From an uncultured Clostridium sp. (GTDB lineage: Bacteria; Bacillota; Clostridia; TANB77; CAG-508), in contig USQY01000001.1 in NCBI GenBank assembly GCA_900557045.1, positions 28,215-92,214 of the forward strand: a stretch of DNA of 64,000 nt, in the 5' to 3' direction. The notes under the pieces were generated by a model, which made no database searches, was not told the origin of the DNA, and saw only the letters and a program-made list of their open reading frames with translations. Position numbers and translations under genes: made by a program. Positions 51,790 through 63,726 of this stretch are shown in pieces (position 1 is the first letter of the stretch; every line of letters begins with the position of its first letter).

Positions 51790-53604
51790 CTAGCTTGTTT
51801 TTTTATTAATTTTCATCAATTCCTCGAATCTTTCAGCAGTCATAACTTCTTTTTCCAAAAGGTCATTTGATACAATTTCAAGTTTATCCATGTTTTTGCT
51901 TAAAATAGTTTGAGCTTTGAAATATGCATCATTTACTAGTCCTTTTATTTCATTACCAATTAAATCAGTATATTTTTCACCTAATAATTGTAATTGATAT
52001 GGATCTTTTTCAAGATTAATATGAATAGGTCCTATTGAATCACTCATACCGTACACTGTAACCATATTTTTTGCAATATCATTTGCTACTTCTAAATCAT
52101 TGCTTGCACCTGTTGAAATATCCTCTAATGCCAATTTTTCAGCAGCACGTCCTCCCATTAAAGCTATTAATTTTTCTTCCATTTCTGTTTTAGAAATATA
52201 ACATTTATCCTCATTTGATTTATACATTGTATATCCACCAGCAACACCTCTTGGAATAATAGAAATTTCTTTTATATCTTTTTGAGTTTCTAAGAAATGG
52301 CTTACTATTGCATGTCCTGCTTCATGTATTGCTGTTCTCTTCTTATCTTTTTCTGAAATAACTCTGTTATGCTTTTCTAATCCAACTGTTACTTTTTTTA
52401 GTGCATCTTCAATATCTTTGTTTGTAATACTATCTCTTTCTCTTATCGTAGCTAAAATTGCTGCTTCATTTAAAATGTTTGCAAGTTCTGCACCTGTAAA
52501 ACCTGCTGTATCTTCTGCTATACTTCTTAAATTAACATCATATGCAAATTTCTTGCCTTTTGCATGTATATTTAAAATTGCTTCTCTTCCATTTAAATCT
52601 GGTAAACCTACTGTTATTTGTCTATCAAATCTACCAGGACGTAATAATGCTTTATCTAGCATTTCTGGTCTGTTTGTTGCTGCTAAAACTATTATCGTTT
52701 CCTCTGTATCAAAACCATCCATTTCAACTAATAATTGATTTAATGTTTGATTATTTTCTGTTTCAGAACCACTTGAACTTGTCCTTCTTGAACCAATGGC
52801 ATCTATTTCATCAATAAATACTATACATGGAGCTACCTTTCTTGCTTTTTCAAACAATTTTCTTACTCTTGATGCACCTAAACCTGCAAACATCTCTATG
52901 AATTCTGAACCACTCATTGAAATAAATGGTACATTTGCTTCACCTGCAATAGCCTTTGCTATCAAAGTTTTACCTGTTCCTGGATTACCACATAATAAAA
53001 CTCCACGAGGCACCTTTGCTCCCATTTCTTGAAATTTTTTAGGATTCCTTAAAAAATCAACTATTTCTATCATTTCTTGTTTTTCTTCATCTAAACCTGC
53101 TACATCATCAAACTTTGTTTGTATTTTCTTAGTCTCAGAATCATAAATTTTTCCTTTTTCTCCTAAACCTTGCATTTTGAAAATCATTATTAGTAAAACA
53201 ACCAACATTATAGTAGGTAAAAAAGATAATAAAGTTTTTAATATTGTTACAATTACATTTTTTTCTTTTTGTATTAATTCTATATTACTTCCATTATTAA
53301 CTTTTTCTTGAACTAAATCTATAAAAGAATCTGTGCTTGGTATTAATACATTTTTTTCTTTTTCTTCATTAATCAATTTTATTTTAGCTATATGACTACC
53401 TTCTGTCATTTCAACTTTTTCCACAGTACCATCATTTATACTATTAAGTAATTGTGTATATGCAAAATTTTTATCTTCATTTTTTTTGTTATAGTTTAAT
53501 AGTAAAACTACACTCGCAATTGTTAAAATAACTAATATAACTGTTATTATAACTGTTATACTCTGTTTTTTCTTATTTTTATCATCATCACTCTTCAATC
53601 CCAT
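51790..53604 (-). CDS. ftsH: ATP-dependent zinc metalloprotease FtsH
   Basis: 604 aa with two TM helices, AAA+ Walker A GNPGTGKT, an SRH region and the HEAGHA zinc motif. Confidence 0.96.
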   Translation of the reverse strand: MGLKSDDDKNKKKQSITVIITVILVILTIASVVLLLNYNKKNEDKNFAYTQLLNSINDGTVEKVEMTEGSHIAKIKLINEEKEKNVLIPSTDSFIDLVQEKVNNGSNIELIQKEKNVIVTILKTLLSFLPTIMLVVLLIMIFKMQGLGEKGKIYDSETKKIQTKFDDVAGLDEEKQEMIEIVDFLRNPKKFQEMGAKVPRGVLLCGNPGTGKTLIAKAIAGEANVPFISMSGSEFIEMFAGLGASRVRKLFEKARKVAPCIVFIDEIDAIGSRRTSSSGSETENNQTLNQLLVEMDGFDTEETIIVLAATNRPEMLDKALLRPGRFDRQITVGLPDLNGREAILNIHAKGKKFAYDVNLRSIAEDTAGFTGAELANILNEAAILATIRERDSITNKDIEDALKKVTVGLEKHNRVISEKDKKRTAIHEAGHAIVSHFLETQKDIKEISIIPRGVAGGYTMYKSNEDKCYISKTEMEEKLIALMGGRAAEKLALEDISTGASNDLEVANDIAKNMVTVYGMSDSIGPIHINLEKDPYQLQLLGEKYTDLIGNEIKGLVNDAYFKAQTILSKNMDKLEIVSNDLLEKEVMTAERFEELMKINKKTS

Positions 53605-53668
53605 TTAATTTTCTCCTTTTGTATTATTTTCTTCAGCATTATCCATATTATTCTCTTTTTTTATTATT

Positions 53669-56347
53669 TTATTGTGCTTTATTAACATTTTCTCCTGCAT
53701 TAGTATTTGTATTTTCATCAGGAGTTTTATTTTCTATTTTGTTTACTATCAAAGTTATTTTTGCATCTTTAGAAACTATAGAACCTGGTTTAATACTTTG
53801 TGATAATACTATTCCATTAGTTTTTGTAGAATCAGATTTATATTCGATTTTTAAAGTTAAATTACCTAAAATTTTTCTAGCTTCACTTTCCGTTTTTCCC
53901 ACAACATTTTCAACAGTAATATCAGTATCTTTATTGTTTGTTTTATTTTCTTCATTCTTTTTATTTTCTTCTTCTCTTTTTGTTGTTTCAGTATGAATTG
54001 TACATTTTTCAGCAATTACTGTATATTTATCACCTCTATTTGTTTTCCATTTTGCATTAGCTTCTTTTTCAGGCATAGCTAAACCTTTTACTATTTCAGT
54101 GTGTGTGCAATATTCTGTTGCAAGTTTTTTAGATTCAGAACAAATCTTAAATTCATTATGTCCTTCACATTTTCCTGGTACTGCGCCTTCTACAAAATAT
54201 TCTGTATATGTACTTGTACAAGAACTTGTTGCACATTTACCAGAACTTCTACAAACAGTTGCTGTTACAACATTACTTGGTTTTTCAAAAAGTTTACTTT
54301 CTAATCCTGAATGAATATTTTTCATAACAGATGCCCATATTAATGTAGCTGGACTTCCTCCGTATGTATTAACATATTCTTTATAGTCATATCCAAACCA
54401 TGTTGCTGCTGTATAGTATGGAGTAAATCCACATAACCATACATCATTTTGTTCTTGTGTTGTACCAGTTTTTGCCCCAACATCTATATTTCCCATTTTA
54501 CATATTTTTGCTGTTCCATTTGATCCTTCTACTGGTTGTTTTAATAAACTTTTCATTACATAAGCATTACCTTCAGACATTACTCTTCTTGTGTCTTGTT
54601 TATTTTCTATTAAAATATTTCCTGATGAATCCTCAACTTTAGTATAAAAAGTAGGTTCAATATATACACCATTATTAGCTATTGTTGCATATGCCGCTGC
54701 CATTTGAAGTGGGCTAATTGTACATGTTCCTAATGCTGTTGAAATATTTGAATCATTTAGCTTTGATGGGTCTGTTAATTCACTTGATTTTACTAGAGAT
54801 GTAATACCTAACTGTCTCATAAAATCAATTGCATTATCTGGTCCTAATTCTGTCATTACTTTACAAGCTACTATATTAGAAGAAACTTCTATTGCATCTC
54901 TTATACTACACAAACCTGACTTTGCAGAAGTAGCATTACTAGGATCATAATCTTTTCCAAAAACTGTATATGAGTTATCATATACTGTTGAAGCATTTAT
55001 TATTCCCTTCTCAAGTGCTGGACCATAAACACCTATTGGTTTTATAGAAGAACCTGGTTGTCTTACACTGTATATTCTGTTTATACCTACAGCATCAACA
55101 TCATTTCCTAATCCTCCCATACATCCAACTACTCTTCCTGTTTTATGGTCTATAATAACCATTGCAGATTGTGTATGTCCACCTTCATTTGCTTTTGTTT
55201 TTCCAGGCTTTACATATTTATCATTTTTATACTCTTCTTCAACTGTTTTTTGTATTGAGGCAATTTGGGTTGTATATATTTTTAATCCGCCACCATATAC
55301 ACGGCTCTTAGCATATTCTTTTGACATTTCTTTTTCTTCTACTAATTCATTTACTACTTGATCTACAGCTGCTGAAATATAGTAAGATTTTATTGTTGAT
55401 GTTGATAATTCACCTTTTTGAAATTTTAATCCTTCATCAACTTTTCCAATTGCTTCATTATATTGTTCGTTATTTATGTATCCTAATTCTTTCATTTTTC
55501 CTAATACTGTTTTTGTTCTTGATTTAATTTTCTCTGTATTAGGATTTTCTTTATATGGATTATATTGATTTGGGCTGTGTGTAACACCTGCTATAAAAGC
55601 ACATTCTTCTATTGATAATTCACTTGCTGATTTATTAAAATAATATAAAGATGCTGTTTCTACACCGCATATATCTCCACCGCTTGATGCAAGAGGTATT
55701 AAATTCAAATATAATTCTAATATTTGCTCTTTTGAAATCATCTTTTCTATTTGATATGCTCTAGACATTTCTCTTATTTTCCTTTGCATACCAGCTTTAC
55801 CACTACTTTCTTTTTCATTAGTTATATTTTTAACTAACTGTTGTGTAATAGTACTTCCACCAAAATTTGATGAACCAGAATGTGTTACATAAGTTAATGT
55901 AGCTGCTGCTGTTCTTTTTATATCTACACCATTATGTTTATAAAATCTTTCATCTTCAATTGACACAAATGCCTTTGGTAAATATTCACTCATATCATTT
56001 ATACTTATTATTTTTCTGTTTTCTTTTCCTGATAATTCTGATATAACATTTCCCTCTGCATCATATATTATAGTATTAGAATACCCTATCAATAAATCTT
56101 CTTTTGTCATCGCGAATTTATCACTAAAGAATATTCCTACAAAAACTCCTCCAGCTATTAATATTAATAGTAATATCAATATCATTATTATAATAATTAT
56201 TTTTTTCATTTTTGAATGGTCTCTTTTCATGTTTTTGTTTTTCTTATTTTTTGCTGCACTTCTTATAGGACCATTATTTGTATTTTTTGGTTTTGTAGAA
56301 TTATATGTTTTTTTTCCCTTTTTACTATTATTAGTTCTACCACTCAT
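53669..56347 (-). CDS. class A penicillin-binding protein (PBP1A-type) with a C-terminal PASTA domain
   Basis: 892 aa with glycosyltransferase motifs (EDERFYKHNGVD, GGSTITQQ), transpeptidase motifs SSIKP, SSN and KTGTT, and a C-terminal PASTA-like segment. Confidence 0.9.
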   Translation of the reverse strand: MSGRTNNSKKGKKTYNSTKPKNTNNGPIRSAAKNKKNKNMKRDHSKMKKIIIIIMILILLLILIAGGVFVGIFFSDKFAMTKEDLLIGYSNTIIYDAEGNVISELSGKENRKIISINDMSEYLPKAFVSIEDERFYKHNGVDIKRTAAATLTYVTHSGSSNFGGSTITQQLVKNITNEKESSGKAGMQRKIREMSRAYQIEKMISKEQILELYLNLIPLASSGGDICGVETASLYYFNKSASELSIEECAFIAGVTHSPNQYNPYKENPNTEKIKSRTKTVLGKMKELGYINNEQYNEAIGKVDEGLKFQKGELSTSTIKSYYISAAVDQVVNELVEEKEMSKEYAKSRVYGGGLKIYTTQIASIQKTVEEEYKNDKYVKPGKTKANEGGHTQSAMVIIDHKTGRVVGCMGGLGNDVDAVGINRIYSVRQPGSSIKPIGVYGPALEKGIINASTVYDNSYTVFGKDYDPSNATSAKSGLCSIRDAIEVSSNIVACKVMTELGPDNAIDFMRQLGITSLVKSSELTDPSKLNDSNISTALGTCTISPLQMAAAYATIANNGVYIEPTFYTKVEDSSGNILIENKQDTRRVMSEGNAYVMKSLLKQPVEGSNGTAKICKMGNIDVGAKTGTTQEQNDVWLCGFTPYYTAATWFGYDYKEYVNTYGGSPATLIWASVMKNIHSGLESKLFEKPSNVVTATVCRSSGKCATSSCTSTYTEYFVEGAVPGKCEGHNEFKICSESKKLATEYCTHTEIVKGLAMPEKEANAKWKTNRGDKYTVIAEKCTIHTETTKREEENKKNEENKTNNKDTDITVENVVGKTESEARKILGNLTLKIEYKSDSTKTNGIVLSQSIKPGSIVSKDAKITLIVNKIENKTPDENTNTNAGENVNKAQ

Positions 56348-56528
56348 TTTTTTAACTCCTTTTCCAACTAAATTTTTTAGTAAAATTTACTTATTCATTA
56401 TATTACAAAACTCCTAAAATTAAAAGTCTTTTTTTTATTTTTGTTATAGTTTATATTATTGTTACATTTCACAATATTATATTTAAAATTGTAAAAGTAT
56501 TAAACAGTAACCTACTTTATATAATCGA

Positions 56529-57419
56529 CTACGAATAGCATACATTTAAAATATCTTTAAAATTGGTTACTATGTTTGCACCTTGCTTAATTAGATTATT
56601 GGTTCCAATAGAATTAGCATTATCTATATTTCCAGGAACAGCAAATATTTCTTTACCATGTTCTAACCCAAAATCTGCAGTTATTAATGAACCACTTTTT
56701 TCTGTTGCTTCTACTACAACAATTGCATCTGATAATGCACTTATTATTCTATTTCTTGCAGGAAAATTAAATCTATTTGGTGGAGTTCCTATAATATACT
56801 CTGTAATTATTAAACCATTATTTTTTACAATTCGTTCAGACAATTCTTTATTTTCATATGGATATATATTATTCAACCCATTTCCTATAACAGCAATTGT
56901 ATTTCCTTTAGCTTCTACTGCTCCTATATGAGAATATTTATCTATTCCTCTTGCTAATCCACTTATAATACATTTATTTTGTTTAGCTAAATTATAAGCT
57001 AGCTTTTTAGCAATACTTTTTCCATATGTACTACAATTTCTACATCCGACAATAGCTATTCCATTTTGTTTCATTAAATCTAAGTTTCCTTTTGCAAATA
57101 ATACAATTGGTTTGTCATATATATTTCTTAACTTTTTAGGATATTCATTATCTAAAATTGTAATTATCTGTATATTATTTCTATTCATATACTCTTCATA
57201 TTTCTCTAAATCTTTTCTATATTTTTCATTTAATATTTCATTAATGTTATTTTCATTAATTTTTTCTATTTTTCTCAAATCTGTTTTATTCATATTCCAT
57301 AATTCACATGGAGATTCGAATTGTTTTAACAATTTCTCTTTTTGAATACAATTTATACCTTGTATTCTTGAAAACCAAATCCAAAATTTTTTATCATTTT
57401 TATTCATTAACAACCTCAT
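56529..57419 (-). CDS. dprA: DNA-processing protein DprA
   Basis: 296 aa with a Rossmann-like DprA domain (GLARGID, SGSLITA). Confidence 0.88.
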   Translation of the reverse strand: MRLLMNKNDKKFWIWFSRIQGINCIQKEKLLKQFESPCELWNMNKTDLRKIEKINENNINEILNEKYRKDLEKYEEYMNRNNIQIITILDNEYPKKLRNIYDKPIVLFAKGNLDLMKQNGIAIVGCRNCSTYGKSIAKKLAYNLAKQNKCIISGLARGIDKYSHIGAVEAKGNTIAVIGNGLNNIYPYENKELSERIVKNNGLIITEYIIGTPPNRFNFPARNRIISALSDAIVVVEATEKSGSLITADFGLEHGKEIFAVPGNIDNANSIGTNNLIKQGANIVTNFKDILNVCYS

Positions 57420-57623
57420 ATAATCAATTTAACAAAATAATTGTAAATTAATTTCTTTCTATATTTTTATATTCTATTATTCTTTAATATATTTAAATTT
57501 TAATTTTTATAAATTTGCATAAAAAGAGAGCTTTATAATATTTAGCTCCTTTTTTAGTATATTTATTATTACATTTATTGCTTCAATTCATTTACATTTA
57601 AATTATATCCTGTTTTATTACAT

Positions 57624-58472
57624 CTACTTGTCCATATTTTTAGCCGCTTTAACTACATTTGTCATCAACATAGCTATTGTCATTGGTCCAACTCCACCTG
57701 GTACAGGAGTTATGTAAGATGCCTTTTTCTGGACATTTTCAAAATCAACATCTCCAACTAATTTTCCTTCATCATTTCTGTTTATTCCTACATCTATTAT
57801 AACAGCACCATTCTTCACCATATCAGCTGTAACAAATTTTGCCTTTCCTAAAGCCGCTATTAATATATCAGCATTTTTGGTAATATCTTTAATGTTTTCT
57901 GTTTTTGAGTGACATACTGTAACAGTTGCATTTTTTTGTAACATACATTGTATCAATGGCTTTCCTACTATATTACTTCTTCCAATAATAACAACATTTT
58001 TTCCTTGGGTTTCAATATTGTATTCTTCTAACATTTTCACAACACCAAATGGTGTGCATGAAATAAAACAATCTTGTCCTATTGAAAGTTTTCCAACATT
58101 TATCGGATTAAATCCATCTACATCTTTTTTATAACTTATTTTATTAAATGCTTCATTAATTGATAATTTTTTAGGTATTGGACTTTGTAATAAAATTCCA
58201 TGTATATCTTTTCTTTTATTCAGATTATCTATTAATTCAAGTAATTCCTCCATTGTTGTATTCTCATCCATTAAAAATTCTTCATATTCTATACCTATTT
58301 CCTCGCAAGCTTTGCTTTTATTTTTTACATATACTTTTGAAGCTTTATCATCGCCAACCATTATTACAGCCAATTTAGGATTTATACCCTCTTCTTTCAA
58401 TTCGTTAACTTCTTCTTTTAGATTCATTCTTATTTTCTTAGCTACTGCTTTACCATCAATTATTTCGGCCAT
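57624..58472 (-). CDS. folD: bifunctional methylenetetrahydrofolate dehydrogenase/cyclohydrolase
   Basis: Conserved motifs YV..K.KA, GRSNIVGKP and PVPGGVGPMT. The ATG at 58472 lies after GGAGG and is preferred over the TTG at 58487. Confidence 0.94.
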   Translation of the reverse strand: MAEIIDGKAVAKKIRMNLKEEVNELKEEGINPKLAVIMVGDDKASKVYVKNKSKACEEIGIEYEEFLMDENTTMEELLELIDNLNKRKDIHGILLQSPIPKKLSINEAFNKISYKKDVDGFNPINVGKLSIGQDCFISCTPFGVVKMLEEYNIETQGKNVVIIGRSNIVGKPLIQCMLQKNATVTVCHSKTENIKDITKNADILIAALGKAKFVTADMVKNGAVIIDVGINRNDEGKLVGDVDFENVQKKASYITPVPGGVGPMTIAMLMTNVVKAAKNMDK

Positions 58473-58544
58473 TACATATTCCTCCAATTTTATTATTAAT
58501 TTTATTATTAATTTTATAACTAATTGTATTATCTTATATAAATT

Positions 58545-59747
58545 CTAATTTGTAAAGTTTCTTTTTATATTTAATTCACCTGCTTTAGAAATTATTTCAT
58601 ATCCATATTTTTCTTTTATACTATCTAATGTTTTATTTAGTTTTTCCTGTTTTTCATCTATTTCCACATCAAACATGGATAACTGCATCTCATTTTTCAT
58701 ACATAAATTATCAACTCTAATTCCAATTGATCTTATAGGTATTCCTTTATATAATTCTTTTAATAATTTTTTTGCCTCTTCATATATTTTTCTAGTGCTA
58801 CTTGTTGCACCATCTAACTTTTTCTGATGTGAACTCACTTCAAACTTGTTGTTTTTTATTTGTACATTTACTACTTTAGCAACCATTTCTATTTTTCTTA
58901 ATCTAAAACATACTTGTTCTGTCAATACTAATAACACTCCTTCTAGTTTTTCTATTTCTGAATAATCATATGGTAATGTCATTGAATGACCTATTCCTTT
59001 AGGTTTATCTGGTATATTTACAACCTCTGAATCATCAATTCCATTTGAATACTCCCAGATCATTTTACCAAACTTTCCAAAAATTCTCACAATTTGCTTA
59101 TAATCACTTTTAGCAAGATCTCCAATTGTTATTATTCCCAATTTATTTAATTTAGGAAGACTTCTTCTTCCTACCATAAATAAATCAGATATAGGTAATT
59201 TCCACATTTTTTCCTTTATTTCTGATTTATACAATGTATGTATTTTATCTGGTTTTTGGAAATCAGAAGCCATTTTTGCAAGTACCTTATTAGTTGATAT
59301 TCCAATATTTACAGTAAATCCCAACTCATTTTTTATCCTTGCACTAATTTCTTTAGCTTTATCTAGAATTTTTTCATTTTTTCCTATAAATTTTGTCAAA
59401 TCCATAAAACATTCATCAATTGAAAAACGTTCTATTATATCTGTGTAATCTAATAAAATATTATACATTTTGTCTGAATATTTTTTATATATAGAATAAT
59501 CGCTCATAAAAACTTGAAGTTTATTACACTTTTTTCTTGCAAAATATATAGGTTCCCCTGTTTTTATTCCAAATTGCTTAGCGATATTGCTTTTAGCTAA
59601 AACAACACCTCTTCTTTTAGATTCGTCTCCTCCAATTATAGCAGGAATATTTCTTATATCTACAGTTTCACCATTATTCAATTTTTCTACTGCTGTCCAA
59701 GATAGGAATGCATTATTAACATCAACATGTAAAATCTGTCTATCCAT
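58545..59747 (-). CDS. dinB: DNA polymerase IV (Y-family)
   Basis: Conserved HVDVNNAF, SIDECFMD and a little-finger domain. The ATG at 59747 lies after AGGTGA and is preferred over the GTG at 59756. Confidence 0.9.
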   Translation of the reverse strand: MDRQILHVDVNNAFLSWTAVEKLNNGETVDIRNIPAIIGGDESKRRGVVLAKSNIAKQFGIKTGEPIYFARKKCNKLQVFMSDYSIYKKYSDKMYNILLDYTDIIERFSIDECFMDLTKFIGKNEKILDKAKEISARIKNELGFTVNIGISTNKVLAKMASDFQKPDKIHTLYKSEIKEKMWKLPISDLFMVGRRSLPKLNKLGIITIGDLAKSDYKQIVRIFGKFGKMIWEYSNGIDDSEVVNIPDKPKGIGHSMTLPYDYSEIEKLEGVLLVLTEQVCFRLRKIEMVAKVVNVQIKNNKFEVSSHQKKLDGATSSTRKIYEEAKKLLKELYKGIPIRSIGIRVDNLCMKNEMQLSMFDVEIDEKQEKLNKTLDSIKEKYGYEIISKAGELNIKRNFTN

Positions 59748-59890
59748 AAGTATCACCTGTTTAATATTATAGAATGTTTGTTCGCATTTGTCAATAGAAT
59801 TTTATATAAAATCATCTTCAAAAAACGACATTTTTTATCATATTTTGGGATTACCATTGAAATAATTCATTTATATATATTTTTTTCAAA

Positions 59891-61768
59891 TTAATACTCT
59901 TGCAACTTTTCCAAAATTTGTATACTTAATGCAATACTTTTTGCATCTAATCCATACAATTTTTCCAATTCTTCCACACTACCATGTTGAATAAATACAT
60001 CATCATATCCATACATTTTAACAAAAACATCCTCAATTTTATATTCATTTATAAGTTCCATAACACTGCTACCTAATCCACCCTTTAAAATACCATCTTC
60101 TATAGTAATAACATTTTTAGTTTTTCTTATAGACATTTCAATTGTATTATAATCTAAAGGTTTCGCAAATCTTGCATTTATAATTTCGCAATCAATACTT
60201 TGTTCTTTTAAAATATCACTTACCTCTACTGCTCTTTCAACCATTTTTCCTATTGCCACAATAGTCAAATCTTTTCCTTTTTTTATTACTTCTGCTTTGC
60301 CTAATTTTATATCATCACATTTATCAAACTTAATTTTTCCTTCACAACCTCTTGGATATCTTATTACAACAGGTTCGTTCAAATTCACAGCAAACTCCAA
60401 CATTTTTTCTAACTCTGCGAAATTTTTAGGAGACATGATTGTAATATTAGGAATCAAAGAAAAAAATGCCATATCAAAAATTCCTTGATGTGTTTCTCCA
60501 TCATTTCCTACAATTCCTGCTCTATCAACACACATTACAACTGGTAATTTTTGAATACATATGTCATGAATTACTTGATCATATGCTCTTTGATAAAAAG
60601 ACGAATATATTGGAACAACTGGTTTAAGCCCTTTTTTAGCTAATCCAGCTGCCATTCCCAAAGCATGTTGTTCTGCTATTCCCACATCAAATATTCTATT
60701 TGGAAATTGTTTTTTAAATTCATTTAAACCTGTTCCATCAATCATAGCAGCTGAAACTGCAACTATCTTTTCATCTTTTTTGGATAACTCTACCAACTTA
60801 TTTCCCATAATCTTAGAATAATCATCTTTTTTCTCTTTTTTTAATTTACCTGTTTCAACGTCAAAACTAGAAACACTATGAAATTTATCTGGATTTTCCT
60901 CTGCAATTTTATATCCTTTTCCTTTTTTTGTAACAACATGTATTAGAACAGGACCACTAATTGTTTTACTAGTATTTAATATGCTTTCTAATTTTTCCAA
61001 ATCATGCCCATCAACAGGTCCAAAATAAGTAAAACCAATATCTTCATAATACATCTTTTGTATAAAAATTTGCTTAACTCCTCTTTTTAATTTTTGTACT
61101 AATTTCACAAAAGGGGTTCCTATTCTTGGTATTTTTTGTAAAACTCTTTTTACCCTATTATTAGTCTTTGTATAAAACTTTTTTGTTCTTAACTTACTTA
61201 GAAAATATGTAATTCCTCCAACATTCTTAGAAATACTCATTTCATTATCGTTCAAAATAACAGTTATATCAGCATTACTAGCCCCTGCATCATTCAAAGC
61301 TTCTTGAGCCATTCCTCCTGTCAAAGCACCATCACCAATTACAGCAATTACCTTATCACTTTTTCCTTCAATTTTATTAGCTCTTGCCATACCTAATGCC
61401 ACTGATATTGAAGTACTACTATGCCCAGTATTAAAGCAATCAAAATCAGACTCACTAGTCTTTGGAAATCCCGCAATTCCATTTAATCTTCTCAAACTAG
61501 ATATTTTATCTTTTCTTCCCGTCAAAATTTTATGTACATATGTCTGATGACCAACATCCCATATTATTGAATCCTTAGGAGTATTAAATACACTATGCAA
61601 AGCAATAGTAAGTTCAACCACACCTAAATTTGATGCCAAATGTCCACCATTTTCAGATACTACATCTAATAAAACCTTTCTTATTTCTTCAGCTAATTTT
61701 TCCTTTTCTTCAATAGATAACTTTCTTAAATCTTTTACACTATTTATTCTATCTAATACTTTTTCCAC
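59891..61768 (-). CDS. dxs: 1-deoxy-D-xylulose-5-phosphate synthase
   Basis: 625 aa with GGHLASNLG, a TPP-binding GDG...NDN motif and transketolase-like C-terminal domains. Probable GTG start. Confidence 0.95.
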   Translation of the reverse strand: MEKVLDRINSVKDLRKLSIEEKEKLAEEIRKVLLDVVSENGGHLASNLGVVELTIALHSVFNTPKDSIIWDVGHQTYVHKILTGRKDKISSLRRLNGIAGFPKTSESDFDCFNTGHSSTSISVALGMARANKIEGKSDKVIAVIGDGALTGGMAQEALNDAGASNADITVILNDNEMSISKNVGGITYFLSKLRTKKFYTKTNNRVKRVLQKIPRIGTPFVKLVQKLKRGVKQIFIQKMYYEDIGFTYFGPVDGHDLEKLESILNTSKTISGPVLIHVVTKKGKGYKIAEENPDKFHSVSSFDVETGKLKKEKKDDYSKIMGNKLVELSKKDEKIVAVSAAMIDGTGLNEFKKQFPNRIFDVGIAEQHALGMAAGLAKKGLKPVVPIYSSFYQRAYDQVIHDICIQKLPVVMCVDRAGIVGNDGETHQGIFDMAFFSLIPNITIMSPKNFAELEKMLEFAVNLNEPVVIRYPRGCEGKIKFDKCDDIKLGKAEVIKKGKDLTIVAIGKMVERAVEVSDILKEQSIDCEIINARFAKPLDYNTIEMSIRKTKNVITIEDGILKGGLGSSVMELINEYKIEDVFVKMYGYDDVFIQHGSVEELEKLYGLDAKSIALSIQILEKLQEY

Positions 61769-61849
61769 CTTCTAGTTGTTCCCCTTTATACTAATAAATT
61801 TCATCTATGATTTATATCACAAAAAAAATCATCTGTCCACAAGAAATGA

Positions 61850-62223
61850 GGAATTGGAGACGTTTTTCTTTTCCTTCTTAGGGAACATAAATATCAAGGT
61901 ATTTCAGTTCAAATGTTGAAACTATTACAATATAAATAATTTTCCCACCCTCCCTCGGAGAAAGAAATTTTTACTTTTGAAAAAATAAACCTCCGACCTG
62001 AGCCCCAAAACATCTAACCCCAGTCATTATCGTAACAAGTCCACCAACCCCAGCACGCACCCCACCGCGTTTGAAGGAGTTCATTTTTTCAAAAGTAACA
62101 AATTTTTTCTCTCGGTGCTCCCCCCGAAAAAACTTATTTATCCCACAACAATTTCAACACACCAAACTAAAACCCCTAATATTTATGTTCACTAAGAAGG
62201 AAAAGAAAAACGTCCCCAATTCC
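61850..62223. repeat. 374 bp imperfect palindrome enclosing family-1 copy D
   Basis: The outer 45 nt arms at 61850-61894 and 62179-62223 are inverted repeats with 43/45 complementary positions. The spacers on each side (51 and 53 nt) are also partly complementary. The right arm abuts the eno stop codon. Confidence 0.85.
61946..62125. repeat. family-1 hairpin element, copy D
   Basis: CTCGG at 61954-61958 and 62111-62115 flanks arms of ~37 nt and a C-rich core containing AGTCATTATCGTAACAAG. Confidence 0.85.
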
Positions 62224-63487
<1,264 letters not shown>

Positions 63488-63726
63488 ATACAAAAACCTC
63501 CCTTAAAATTATTCTAACAATATTATGGACAAAATTTTCCAAAATTATGCAGTTGAAGCATAATCTTATAACACAATATTCATTTTCATAATTACATAAT
63601 ATGCTAGTTTTCTGCAATTAAATGCAAAATTTCTAAAATTTCTCATATGAACAGACTTTACTCACACTGCTTGACAAAATTCCCCAAAATGTTAAAATTA
63701 TAAAAAAATATTCAAGGAGGAAAAAC

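Noticed and set aside
61971-62084. A 37 aa minus-strand ORF inside family-1 copy D (MNSFKRGGVRAGVGGLVTIMTGVRCFGAQVGGLFFQK).
   Set aside because: The ATG is absent in copies A, B and C (ACA/ATA instead). Copy A has an earlier stop and copy B has a frame-shifting indel. Conservation is therefore at the nucleotide and structure level, not the protein level.
61946-62125. G-quadruplex potential of the G-rich minus strand of the family-1 core (four GGGG runs in copy D).
   Set aside because: The G-runs are not conserved. Copies A to C have GGAG, GGG, GTGG and similar, and copy B lacks most of them. A G4 is therefore unlikely to be the conserved feature.
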